Below, one piece after another: positions 1 through 9,293 of a DNA stretch of 64,000 nt (the first letter of the stretch is position 1; each line of letters opens with the position of its first letter). The DNA comes from Candidatus Velthaea sp. (lineage in GTDB: Bacteria > Vulcanimicrobiota > Vulcanimicrobiia > Vulcanimicrobiales > Vulcanimicrobiaceae): positions 192,001 through 256,000 of the forward strand of contig CBDCCS010000010.1 in the NCBI GenBank assembly GCA_965214935.1. The letters are read 5' to 3'. A program made the translations under genes and the position numbers. The notes below the pieces were generated by a model. The model was not told the origin of the DNA and searched no databases. It worked only from the letters and a program-made list of their open reading frames with translations.

Positions 1-900
1 CGCTTCACGAACGCCGTTGCCATGCGCCACGCGGAAGTTTCGCGCGAGATGTTCCCGGGTTACGCCATTTCGGCGATTACCAACGGCGTGCATGCACCGA
101 CCTGGGTCGCCCCGGCCTTCGCGCGCTTGTTCGACGCGCAAATGCCCGAGTGGCGGCGCGACGCGTACCAATTACGTCATGCCGCCGGCATCGATCTGGC
201 CGATCTGCAAGCCGCCCATATCGAAGCCAAAGCGGCGCTGATCGCCGAAATCGCCGCGCGGACCGGGGTGACTTTACGGACCGACGTTTTGACCCTCGGT
301 TTTGCGCGACGGGCCACTTCGTACAAGCGCGCCGACTGGCTATTTCACAATCCCGAACGCTTACGCGAACTCTGCGGCCGGATCGGACGCATCCAGATCG
401 TTTACGGCGGCAAAGCACATCCGCACGATGAGCCGGGCAAAGCCGGTATCAAGCGCGTCCACGAAGCGCGCGCGGCGCTCGGCGACGTGCTCGACGTCGT
501 CTACGTGCCGAACTACGACATGAGCCTGGCCAAATACATCATCTCGGGCGTCGACATCTGGCTCAACAATCCGCAGCCGCCGCTCGAGGCGTCGGGAACG
601 AGCGGCATGAAGGCGGCGCTCAACGGCATTCCGAGTCTGAGCGTGCTCGACGGCTGGTGGGTCGAAGGCTGCCTCGAAGATCGCACCGGCTGGTCGATCG
701 ACGACCGGCGCGATGACAGCATCTACGAAGGGATCGAACGCGCCGCACGGCAGATCGCCGGCTCGCCATACGCGTACGCTCAACTCATGCGCGATTCGAT
801 CGGGACGAACGGTTCGTTCTTCAATACGCAGCGTATGGTGCAGCAATATAGCCGATTGGCTTATGCGCTGACGACCGCCGCGGTTGCGGTGGTGGCCTGA
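1..900 (+). CDS. glgP: alpha-glucan (glycogen) phosphorylase, 5'-partial
   Basis: ITNGVH, FARRATSYKR, GKAHPHD and the EASGTSGMK PLP-lysine motif; frame is open from base 1. Confidence 0.93.
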   Translation, partial: RFTNAVAMRHAEVSREMFPGYAISAITNGVHAPTWVAPAFARLFDAQMPEWRRDAYQLRHAAGIDLADLQAAHIEAKAALIAEIAARTGVTLRTDVLTLGFARRATSYKRADWLFHNPERLRELCGRIGRIQIVYGGKAHPHDEPGKAGIKRVHEARAALGDVLDVVYVPNYDMSLAKYIISGVDIWLNNPQPPLEASGTSGMKAALNGIPSLSVLDGWWVEGCLEDRTGWSIDDRRDDSIYEGIERAARQIAGSPYAYAQLMRDSIGTNGSFFNTQRMVQQYSRLAYALTTAAVAVVA

Positions 901-1877
901 GCTCCTACGAAGGCCTCGCGACGTTCGCCCAACGTCCGTACGTTGCCGATCTCGATGCGCTGGTCGCGGCGCGCCCCGACGTCGCGGTCGTCGGCGCACC
1001 GTTCGACATCTCGACGACCCATCGGCCCGGCGCGCGGTTCGGACCGCGCGCATTGCGCGCTCAAGCGTACAACCCCGGGACGTACCATCTCGACTTAGAA
1101 ATCGAAATCTTCGATTCGCTCAAAGTCGTCGACTTCGGCGACGCGCATTGTCCGCACGGCCTGACCGACGTCAGTCATGCCAACATCCGCGCGCACGTCG
1201 GCGCCGTCGCACGTAACGGCATCATCCCCGTTGTCATCGGCGGCGATCATTCGATTACGGCGCCGTCGGCAACCGCCGTTGCCGACCACTTCGGTTGGGG
1301 CAAGATCGGCATCGTGCACTTCGATGCGCATGCCGATACGGCCGACGAGATCGACGGTAATTTTGCCTCACACGGGACGCCGATGCGCCGGCTCATCGAA
1401 AGCGGCGCGGTGCTTGGGCGCAATTTCGTTCAAGTCGGGTTGCGTGGCTACTGGCCCGGGGCCGACGTGTTCGCCTGGATGAAAGCGCAAGGCATGCGCT
1501 GGCATCTCATGCAGGAGATCTGGGAACGCGGCAGCGCGGCGGTCATGCATACGGCGCTGAGCGAAGCAATGGACGGCTGCGATGCGTTGTACGTCAGCGT
1601 CGACATCGATGTACTCGATCCCGGGTTTGCGCCGGGGACCGGAACGCCCGAGCCGGGCGGAATGACGCCGGCCGACTTACTGCGCGCCGTGCGGCTTTTA
1701 GCGACCACCGCCAACGTCGTTGCGCTCGATGTCGTCGAAGTTTCACCGCCCTACGACCTAACGGAACAAACCATCAACAACGCGCACCGGGTGATCTTCG
1801 AGCTGCTGGCCGGCATTGCTTGGAAGCGCCGGGCCGCTGCGAATGCCGCCCCGTGGACCGACAAAAGCACTTTGTAA
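897..1877 (+). CDS. speB: agmatinase / ureohydrolase family protein
   Basis: GGDHS, HFDAHAD, SHGTP, DIDVLDP, GTGTPEPGG. The conserved N-terminus (GAPFD..HRPGARFGP) lies upstream of the track start (1053); in-frame CTG at 897 overlaps the glgP TGA. Exact substrate uncertain. Confidence 0.85.
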   Translation: MSSYEGLATFAQRPYVADLDALVAARPDVAVVGAPFDISTTHRPGARFGPRALRAQAYNPGTYHLDLEIEIFDSLKVVDFGDAHCPHGLTDVSHANIRAHVGAVARNGIIPVVIGGDHSITAPSATAVADHFGWGKIGIVHFDAHADTADEIDGNFASHGTPMRRLIESGAVLGRNFVQVGLRGYWPGADVFAWMKAQGMRWHLMQEIWERGSAAVMHTALSEAMDGCDALYVSVDIDVLDPGFAPGTGTPEPGGMTPADLLRAVRLLATTANVVALDVVEVSPPYDLTEQTINNAHRVIFELLAGIAWKRRAAANAAPWTDKSTL

Positions 1878-1955
1878 TCTCCTGGTTCGATCCGGTTCGC
1901 GACTCAGCTACTGCCGTCGTGCCGACGATACGGATAGCACAGGAGCATCACGGAC

Positions 1956-2045
1956 ATGGAAATTTCGGCCTTGTTATTCGGCGCGGTTTTACCGGTGATC
2001 TTCTTCGGCATCATTGCCATCTACCGGGGACAAGCGCGAATCTAA
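1956..2045 (+). CDS. small hydrophobic protein, 29 aa (MEISALLFGAVLPVIFFGIIAIYRGQARI)
   Basis: AGGAG at 1941-1945, ATG 1956, TAA 2043-2045; single TM-like stretch with basic C-terminus; below the ORF-track cutoff. Confidence 0.55.
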   Translation: MEISALLFGAVLPVIFFGIIAIYRGQARI

Positions 2046-2107
2046 GCCCGCCGGCCGCGAAGACGCAGACGGCAGGTTCACACCCGTGCCGTCGTAATTG
2101 ATCGAGC

Positions 2108-3247
2108 GTGCGAGAAAACCGGTCAACGTTGCAGGTGGCCGCCGTTCCGGGTGCTGCAACACCGTTCGCGTTATCGACCGGCGCCGCGGCGGCAACGGCT
2201 CACGCACCCTTTGCCCAGGGAGCATATGCGCCATGGCCGCAGTACGGCGGCGGCGGCGATGCCCAGTCGGCGGCTTTTGCCGAAGCGCGCCGGCTCATGG
2301 AAGAATCGCGCGCCGAAAGTACGCGGCGCCGGTATTGCAAAGACTGGGCGATGTATGTCGGCTGGGTCGCCGGCACGTATCCCGAATATCCGGCGCTGCC
2401 GGCGCATCCCGCACTCATCGGGCTCTATATCGGGACCCTGCGAACGCATGGTTTGGCCAAGCAAACGATACTCGGTCGGCTGGCCGCCATCGCGTACGCG
2501 CACGAGCTCGCCGCCGAACCGTCGCCGCTAAAAACCGGCGATCTGTACCGGCAAATTCGCGGCTTGCGCCGTCAAGTTGAAAAGCCGCGCCAGAAGCGCG
2601 AAGCACTCGTTCGCGAAGAGGCGACGGCGATGCTCGTTCGATGGTCGTCCGCGAGTTCGCTCGGTGAGATCCGCGATCGCGCGATCTTTACGCTGGCCTG
2701 GTGCAGCGCGTTACGCCGCTCGAACATCGCCGCGTTACAGGTCGACGATGTAAGAATTTTAACCGATGCGCTGGACGGACAACGGTATCTTGAAATCTTC
2801 GTGCAAAAAAGTAAAACCGATCAAGAAGGACGCGGACGGCGTGTCATCGTGACCGAATTGCCCGACGCACATCCGTTATGCGCGGTGCGGGCTGTCGAAG
2901 CATGGCTGCTCGCGTCGTTCGCCACGAGCGGTCCGTTATTTCGCACCTTCGCATTGGACCCGAATCCGAAAACCCGGAAGCTGACTGCGAACGGCATCGA
3001 CGGCCGCGATGTCGCGCGCGCCGTCAAGCGTATTGCCGTGAGCGCGGGCGTCGACGAAGCGAAGTTCGCGGCACATTCGCTGCGTCGCGGGTTCGTTACA
3101 TCGGCCGATGCCGCGGGCGTTCGGCGAGCGCTTATTCGCGAACAAGGCGGTTGGAAAGACGACCGGATGATCAGCGTTTACACCAAAGTCGACGGCGTTC
3201 GTGACAACGCCGTGCGTGAGATGTTTCGCCGGCCGGCAAGCGACTGA
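2108..3247 (+). CDS. Cre-like tyrosine recombinase/integrase
   Basis: LRRSN (R), KSKTDQ (K), HSLRRG (HxxR), GGW, and a catalytic Tyr in ISVY; start position uncertain. Confidence 0.9.
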   Translation: MRENRSTLQVAAVPGAATPFALSTGAAAATAHAPFAQGAYAPWPQYGGGGDAQSAAFAEARRLMEESRAESTRRRYCKDWAMYVGWVAGTYPEYPALPAHPALIGLYIGTLRTHGLAKQTILGRLAAIAYAHELAAEPSPLKTGDLYRQIRGLRRQVEKPRQKREALVREEATAMLVRWSSASSLGEIRDRAIFTLAWCSALRRSNIAALQVDDVRILTDALDGQRYLEIFVQKSKTDQEGRGRRVIVTELPDAHPLCAVRAVEAWLLASFATSGPLFRTFALDPNPKTRKLTANGIDGRDVARAVKRIAVSAGVDEAKFAAHSLRRGFVTSADAAGVRRALIREQGGWKDDRMISVYTKVDGVRDNAVREMFRRPASD

Positions 3248-3293
3248 CGGGCGCCGCGCGCAACGCCGGCCGAACTTCCGTCGTCTACGTCGC

Positions 3294-3764
3294 ATGACGC
3301 CTCAACAGCGCTTCGTTGCAACGGCAATCGTCGGCGGAATTGCCGGTTCACTGGGCATGGATATCGCACAGGCGGCGTGGTCGAAGGTGCTCGAACGCGA
3401 CCGCTCGCCCGACGTTCAAGATGAAGAAACCGAAGCGATCACCTCGGTCGTCGGTTACCTCACGCGCTTTGCACCCGGCGTATTTCCGGCCCGCGGTGCA
3501 AAAACGATCGGCCATGTGATCCACTATTTGTTCGGGATCGGTTTTGCCGCCGCATACGTGTACGTGCTGCCGAATCGCAAGCCGGCGAGCGTGCGTGCCG
3601 CGACGTTCGGAACGCTCCTGTGGTTGCTGAGCGATCGCATCCTCATCCCGGTCTTCCGGCTCGGGCGGCCGTGGGCACGTTACAGTATGAGCGAGCGGTC
3701 GAACGCGCTGGTGTCCCACCTCGTGTATGCGTTCGGCGTCGAATACGCGCGCTCGATCGAATGA
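3294..3764 (+). CDS. DUF1440-like membrane protein
   Basis: GGIAG..MD, GHVIHYLFG and SHLVY patterns; several hydrophobic helices. Confidence 0.6.
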   Translation: MTPQQRFVATAIVGGIAGSLGMDIAQAAWSKVLERDRSPDVQDEETEAITSVVGYLTRFAPGVFPARGAKTIGHVIHYLFGIGFAAAYVYVLPNRKPASVRAATFGTLLWLLSDRILIPVFRLGRPWARYSMSERSNALVSHLVYAFGVEYARSIE

Positions 3765-3773
3765 CCGGCCGCG

Positions 3774-4994
3774 TTATTCGGTAACGACGTCCGCATCGAA
3801 GCCTGAGCGCTTGAGCGCCAGCATGATCGCATCGACGTCCTCGGGACGCTCGACTTCGACGGTCAGATCGAGCTCGGCGTGCTTGGCCGAGATACTGCCG
3901 AAGACGCGATGATGCGCAACATCTAAAACGTTTGCGCGTACTTCGCTAATTGCAGTCGCGACGCTGGCGAGTTCGCCGGGTTTGTCGACCATGTGCACCC
4001 GAATGCGGATCACGCGGCCGGAACGCATTCGATGGCGCACGATCACCGATGCAAGCATCCCCGGATCGATGTTTCCGCCGCATAGCAACGTTCCGACCCG
4101 CCGGCCGGCGAACCGCTGCGGTTCGGCGAGCAGTGCGGCCACGCCGGCCGCGCCGGCGCCCTCGCTCACCAGCTTCTCTTCTTCGATCAGCGTGACGATC
4201 GCCGTTTCGATCGCCGCTTCCGAAACGGTGATAACGTCGCGGACGACGCCGGCGATCAATTCAAACGGTAAGACGCCGAGCCGCTTGACGGCAATGCCTT
4301 CGGCGATGGTCGGACCGCCGGCGCCGTCGGCAATGCCGCTGCGCGCGGTCAAGATGCTTGGATAGAAAGCCGACTGGACGCCGATGATTTGGGCGTTCGA
4401 CTCGGCGGCCAGCAACGCAAGCGTCGCGCCCGCGATCAATCCGCCGCCGCCGACCGGTACGAGCAAGACGTCGAGGTCGGTGCCGGCATCTTCAAGCAGC
4501 TCGAGCGTTGCCGTACCCTGCCCGGCAATGACGTTCGGATCGTCATACGGATGAACGATCGTTGCTCCGGTTTCCGCCGCGAGGTCGCGCGCGTATTCCG
4601 CGGCTTCGTCGAAGGTGTCGCCGGTCAGCACGACTGCGGCACCAAAGTCACGCGTTCGACGGATCTTGAGGAACGGCGTCGTCTGCGGCATGACGACCGT
4701 TGTTGCAATACCGAGCCGCGCGCCGTGATAGGCCACGGCTTGCGCGTGATTGCCGGCCGACATTGTCACGACACCGCGCTCGCGTTGCGCGCCGTCGAGC
4801 ATGAGCAGTGCGTTGAGCGCGCCGCGCTCCTTATATGAACCGGTCGTCTGACGTGTTTCGGCTTTGAAATACACGGCGGCGCCGGTCGACGCCGACAGCG
4901 CACGTGAATACGTGGTCGGCGTGCGAATAATTCCGGACGCGATTCGCGCGGCCGCCGAACGGACGGAGTCAGCTCCGACAAGGACCCTTGGCAT
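3774..4994 (-). CDS. ilvA: threonine ammonia-lyase with C-terminal ACT domain
   Basis: TGSYKERGA, SAGNHAQ, PVGGGGLI; DKPGEL in the ACT domain. Confidence 0.9.
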   Translation of the reverse strand: MPRVLVGADSVRSAAARIASGIIRTPTTYSRALSASTGAAVYFKAETRQTTGSYKERGALNALLMLDGAQRERGVVTMSAGNHAQAVAYHGARLGIATTVVMPQTTPFLKIRRTRDFGAAVVLTGDTFDEAAEYARDLAAETGATIVHPYDDPNVIAGQGTATLELLEDAGTDLDVLLVPVGGGGLIAGATLALLAAESNAQIIGVQSAFYPSILTARSGIADGAGGPTIAEGIAVKRLGVLPFELIAGVVRDVITVSEAAIETAIVTLIEEEKLVSEGAGAAGVAALLAEPQRFAGRRVGTLLCGGNIDPGMLASVIVRHRMRSGRVIRIRVHMVDKPGELASVATAISEVRANVLDVAHHRVFGSISAKHAELDLTVEVERPEDVDAIMLALKRSGFDADVVTE

Positions 4995-5014
4995 ATCCCT
5001 CAACGAGCGCTATC

Positions 5015-5044
5015 TTGACAAATATTCGCTAGTGCCGCTAACGT
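5015..5044 (+). promoter_or_regulatory. putative sigma70 promoter of the sugar ABC operon
   Basis: TTGACA (5015-5020), 18-nt spacer, TAACGT (5039-5044). Confidence 0.5.
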
Positions 5045-5124
5045 CGCAGTAAGCATTTGTGTGCGACGGGTTTGTTGATGAGAAAATGTTCTCTCGCCCA
5101 TCGTTCGCCACTTGGAGGACGCGT

Positions 5125-6183
5125 ATGACCGATCGAAATAGCACTCTTAACCGCGGCGGCTTTATCGGCCTCGGTTCGGCGCTGGGCGCGGCTGCGGCCA
5201 CCGGGGCGACGCTTCTCGGTACGACCGGCGCGGCAAGTGCAGCCGGCCGGTCGATGTCGCAACTCAAGTTTCTCTTTATCGTCAAAACCGTTAATTCCGA
5301 TTACTGGCAAACATGTATCGCCGGCGGCAAAGCTGCCGCCGATCAGCTCGGACTTAAAGCGCTGCAGTTTTCGGGTGCGAACTCCGAAGCGAACATTCAA
5401 GGCCAGATCGCACTCGTTGAAGACGCACTTGCAAAGAAGCCCGACTTCCTGGTGCTTGCGCCGACGAGCGCCAACGCGCTCGATGCCACGATCGACAAAG
5501 TCGTGAAGTCCGGCATTAAAACGATTTTGATCGATTCGAGCGCCAACACGCAGAACTTCGATGCGTTTTTAGCAACCGACAATCATGCCGGCGGCATGCT
5601 CGCGGCGAAGACGCTCGCGGAAGCTATCAAGAAAAAGACGGGCCAGGCATCAGGCCAAGTTGCATACGTGACGTTTTTGAGCGGCGTCGGCTCGCTCATG
5701 CAACGCGACCAAGGCTTTCTCGATGGGCTCAAGGCCTATCCGGGTCTGACCGTCGTCGGCCATCAAGACGCCGGCGGCGACCAGTCGCAGAAACCGATCG
5801 GCATCGTATCCGACTTACTCACCCGGTTTCCCAAACTCGTCGGCTTGTTTGCCGATAATTTGCCGACCCTCGAAGGCGCCGCGACGGCATTTCGCGAGAA
5901 CCATGCCGATCCGAAAAAAGTATCGCTGGTCGGTTTCGATCCGTCGACCAAGCTCGTCGCCGATCTCAAAGCCGGGACCGTCGATGGAATCATCTTGCAA
6001 GACCCGTATCAAATGGGCTTCGGCGGCGTGATGTACGGCATCGTCGCAGCGGCCGGAATCAACGTTCCCAAGTTTCTCAACACGGGTGTAACGGCAGCGA
6101 CGCCCGACAATGCGAACTCGAGCTTGACCCAAGCACTGCTCAATCCCATGACGCAGCGCCATTTCGGTTTCGGGACGGCTTAA
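5125..6183 (+). CDS. sugar ABC transporter substrate-binding protein (RbsB-like)
   Basis: GGAGG RBS; signal peptide; ATDN, VGFD, ILQDPYQMG. Confidence 0.9.
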   Translation: MTDRNSTLNRGGFIGLGSALGAAAATGATLLGTTGAASAAGRSMSQLKFLFIVKTVNSDYWQTCIAGGKAAADQLGLKALQFSGANSEANIQGQIALVEDALAKKPDFLVLAPTSANALDATIDKVVKSGIKTILIDSSANTQNFDAFLATDNHAGGMLAAKTLAEAIKKKTGQASGQVAYVTFLSGVGSLMQRDQGFLDGLKAYPGLTVVGHQDAGGDQSQKPIGIVSDLLTRFPKLVGLFADNLPTLEGAATAFRENHADPKKVSLVGFDPSTKLVADLKAGTVDGIILQDPYQMGFGGVMYGIVAAAGINVPKFLNTGVTAATPDNANSSLTQALLNPMTQRHFGFGTA

Positions 6184-6198
6184 GCGCGCGAACGCATC

Positions 6199-7191
6199 GT
6201 GTCGCAAGCCGTTAGCGTCGCTCCGCCGGCTTCGAGCTCCGCGCGCCCCAAGCTTAGTTGGGACGTTGCGCTGCGGCTTGGTTTGCTCGGCATCGTCATC
6301 GTTCTCGCGATTGTCTTCACAATTACCGCGCCGGGTTTTCTCAGCGCGCAAAATCTTGAGAACAACGAACGTCAAATGGCGGTCATCGGCATTTTGGCGA
6401 TCGGTGAAACGTTCGTCATCATCACTGCGGGAATCGATCTATCGGTCGGATCGATGCTCGGTTTCAGCGGCATTCTCATGGCGCTCGCACTCGGTCACGG
6501 GATCGCCATTCCGCTCGCGCTCGTCACGGTCATCGCCATCGCGACGCTGCTCGGTCTGTTCAACGGCGTGCTCATCGATACCGCAGCGCTGCCGCCGTTC
6601 ATCGTAACGCTCGGCATGCTCGGCATCCTGCGCGGTTTCACGCAGATTTTTGGCAACGGTCAGCAAGTCGGTTTTCCGCCGTCGGCGTATACGGATTTCG
6701 CCGCCGACAACTTTCTGGGCGTACCGAAACTCTTCTGGGTACTCGTCGTGTTGGCGCTCGTTGCAGCATACGTACTGCATCTGACCGGGCGTGGCCGGCA
6801 TGTCTACGCCATCGGCAGCAACGTCGAGGGCGCGCGGCGCTCCGGCATCAACGTTCGGGGCATGACGTTTCTGGTCTATGCCGTGAGCGGATTGCTGGCC
6901 GGTATCGCCGGACTGCTGCTCACGGCACGCCAAGCACAAGGCGATCCCAATGCCGGTACGGGTTACGAACTCGATGCGATCGCCGCTGCGGTCCTCGGCG
7001 GTGCGAGTTTGCTTGGCGCGCGCGGCTCGATCCTCGGCACATTTTTAGGCGTACTGCTCGTGCAAATTCTCACCAATGGGCTTAACTTACTCAACTTCGA
7101 TCCGCAAGTCGCCCGTATCGTTGAAGGTGCGCTGCTTATTTTATTCGTGTACATCGATCACTGGCGTAAGCGCCGTTTAGCAACGGCATGA
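6199..7191 (+). CDS. sugar ABC transporter permease (RbsC-like)
   Basis: GIDLSVG, PPFIVTLG, YELDAIAAAVLGG. Confidence 0.92.
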   Translation: MSQAVSVAPPASSSARPKLSWDVALRLGLLGIVIVLAIVFTITAPGFLSAQNLENNERQMAVIGILAIGETFVIITAGIDLSVGSMLGFSGILMALALGHGIAIPLALVTVIAIATLLGLFNGVLIDTAALPPFIVTLGMLGILRGFTQIFGNGQQVGFPPSAYTDFAADNFLGVPKLFWVLVVLALVAAYVLHLTGRGRHVYAIGSNVEGARRSGINVRGMTFLVYAVSGLLAGIAGLLLTARQAQGDPNAGTGYELDAIAAAVLGGASLLGARGSILGTFLGVLLVQILTNGLNLLNFDPQVARIVEGALLILFVYIDHWRKRRLATA

Positions 7192-8006
7192 CGCAGCAGC
7201 TCGCATCACCCGCCGCCGTACCGGTGCTCGCCGCGCGCGACATTTCAAAGCGCTTCGGCAACGTCATCGCCTTGCAACACATCGATTTCGAGCTTTATCC
7301 GGGCGAGATTCTCGCGCTCATCGGCGACAACGGCGCGGGTAAATCGACGCTCATAAAAATCTTGTCCGGAACGCTCGCGCCCGACAGCGGAACGCTGCTC
7401 TTGCGCGGCAATCCCGTCACGTTCGGCGGGCCGCGCGACGCGCGCGAAGCCGGCATTGAAACGGTCTATCAGGACCTGGCACTTGCGCCGGACCTCGACG
7501 TTCCGGCCAATCTCTTCCTCGGCCGCGAAATCAAGCGCAGCGGACTGCTCGGGATATTCGATGTGCTCGACATTCGTGCCATGCGCAATCGCGCGCAAGC
7601 GCATCTCGACGGGCTCGGCGTAAAAATTAAATCGATCGACCAGCGAGTCGACACGTTATCGGGCGGCCAGCGCCAATCCGTCGCCGTATCGCGGTCCGTT
7701 TTTTGGGGTCGCGACGTCGTTATCATGGACGAACCGACCGCGGCGCTCAGCGTCGCTCAAGCCGCGCTCGTGCTCGGCTTGATCAAACGCGTGCGCGATG
7801 CCGGAACACCGGTCGTCCTCATCAGCCACAACTTACCGCACGTTTTCGAAGCCGCGGACCGGATGATCGTCCTGCGGCATGGATCGCGCGTCGGTACGCT
7901 CGATCCGAAGACATCGACGATGGAGCAGGCCGTGAGCCTGATGACCGGCGCATTGGGCTCCGCGACATCGGCACGCGAAGCCGTCGCGCGCGAGGCCGAC
8001 GAGTAG
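7188..8006 (+). CDS. sugar ABC transporter ATP-binding protein
   Basis: GDNGAGKST, LSGGQ, DEPT. Confidence 0.93.
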   Translation: MTQQLASPAAVPVLAARDISKRFGNVIALQHIDFELYPGEILALIGDNGAGKSTLIKILSGTLAPDSGTLLLRGNPVTFGGPRDAREAGIETVYQDLALAPDLDVPANLFLGREIKRSGLLGIFDVLDIRAMRNRAQAHLDGLGVKIKSIDQRVDTLSGGQRQSVAVSRSVFWGRDVVIMDEPTAALSVAQAALVLGLIKRVRDAGTPVVLISHNLPHVFEAADRMIVLRHGSRVGTLDPKTSTMEQAVSLMTGALGSATSAREAVAREADE

Positions 8007-8011
8007 CGCGC

Positions 8012-8164
8012 CTAAACGTCGTCGATCGGCATGCCGGCGCCGCCAAGCGACTCCGTATCATCGACGGCCGTGCTGCCGGCGGCGTTCGAGTCCGGCGGCT
8101 CGAGCGGCGGCCGGTCGGCCATTCGTTCGCGCGTATTTGCCGTGCTTTCGAGTTCGTTCTCCAT
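8012..8164 (-). CDS. possible small acidic protein (50 aa)
   Basis: MENELES...GMPIDDV fills the intergenic gap; no recognisable homology. Confidence 0.3.
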   Translation of the reverse strand: MENELESTANTRERMADRPPLEPPDSNAAGSTAVDDTESLGGAGMPIDDV

Positions 8165-8259
8165 CGACAGCGTTCGTACCCGACATCGGCTCCTCGACAC
8201 GTTCGCCCGGTGTGGTGCGGGCGCCGGCCGAGCCGGCCGGTCACGGGGTATAGCGGCGT

Positions 8260-8769
8260 ATGATGAAGGTTGCGTTCGCATCGCTGCTCCTGCTGACGGC
8301 CGCCCTCGGCGCGAGCGCCGGCGCCGCACAGACGCAGCGGCTTGAAATCGTGGTGCATGGCGACGGCGCGCGCGCGACACAATTGCCGCAATATGACGCG
8401 GCGGCGCCGATCGTCGTCAGCGTGCGTGATTCGGGCGGACAGCATGCCGACGCCGTCAGTGTCGCCGCTTCCGGTCCGCAGGGCGAGTCGGTTGTCGCCG
8501 ATCTCACGCGAGCCGACGATGGTTCGTTCGGCGGCACCGTTACGCTCGGCGATCCCGGCGCCTGGCAGGTACGGTTGACGTCGCGGCTGGGCGCAACGCA
8601 GACCCAAACACTTCCCGTCACGCTCAGCGTCATCGCCGTCCCGCCCTCGAATGCCTGGCTAACCGGGCTGGCCGTTGGGGCCGGTATCTTTGCCGTTATC
8701 GGTATCGGCGGATTTCTGTTGCTGCGGCGTTTGCTCGAAACAGCCGAACCGGAAGCGTCGGGCGCTTAG
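8260..8769 (+). CDS. exported protein with beta-rich (YtkA/FixH-like) domain and C-terminal TM anchor
   Basis: signal peptide, PGAWQV motif, C-terminal TM followed by RR. Confidence 0.6.
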   Translation: MMKVAFASLLLLTAALGASAGAAQTQRLEIVVHGDGARATQLPQYDAAAPIVVSVRDSGGQHADAVSVAASGPQGESVVADLTRADDGSFGGTVTLGDPGAWQVRLTSRLGATQTQTLPVTLSVIAVPPSNAWLTGLAVGAGIFAVIGIGGFLLLRRLLETAEPEASGA

Positions 8770-8809
8770 GTCGGCAACGACGTCGAGCGCGGCTTGCTAG
8801 CGCTGCAGA

Positions 8810-9229
8810 TTACGAAACGTAACTTACGTTAACGCTGTAACCGACGGCTTCCGCCTGCTGCAAGACGCCTAAGACGTTATCGATATCGGCATCGATCGCG
8901 ACGATCTCACCGGCGCTGATGCCGACCGGCGCTGCGTTGCGCCATAGCACGCGCCGCGCGGTTTGAAAGGCTGCTCGCAATCGTTGCGGCGATGCTTCGA
9001 GGACCGGCCAATCTTCGTACGAAGCGGCCGGGACGATGCGCCAGCCGTCACCGGAATTCATGCTCTCGTCGGTGAAGGCGTGCGGAATGGCAGCGAGCAT
9101 GTCGAGCTGCACCCGATCGTCGGCGCTCACGGCGATTTCCGAATCGCCCAACCGCAAGACATACCGATAGAACGACGTGTTCGCCACCGTGCACATGCCG
9201 GCCGGGCTACCGACGTTCACATGAATCAT
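8810..9229 (-). CDS. hypothetical protein
   Basis: 139-aa ORF with protein-like composition downstream of thrB. Confidence 0.6.
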   Translation of the reverse strand: MIHVNVGSPAGMCTVANTSFYRYVLRLGDSEIAVSADDRVQLDMLAAIPHAFTDESMNSGDGWRIVPAASYEDWPVLEASPQRLRAAFQTARRVLWRNAAPVGISAGEIVAIDADIDNVLGVLQQAEAVGYSVNVSYVS

Positions 9230-9293
9230 TGTCGTGCAGCGTTCGCGTGACCACCACGTGCCCCTCTGTCGGTTGCGGCGACGATGCGTGCGC

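Noticed and set aside
1881..1896. GGTTCGATCC resembling a tRNA T-arm/att remnant near the recombinase
   Set aside because: Loop spacing is non-canonical, there is no acceptor stem, and it does not match any tRNA 3' end in the window
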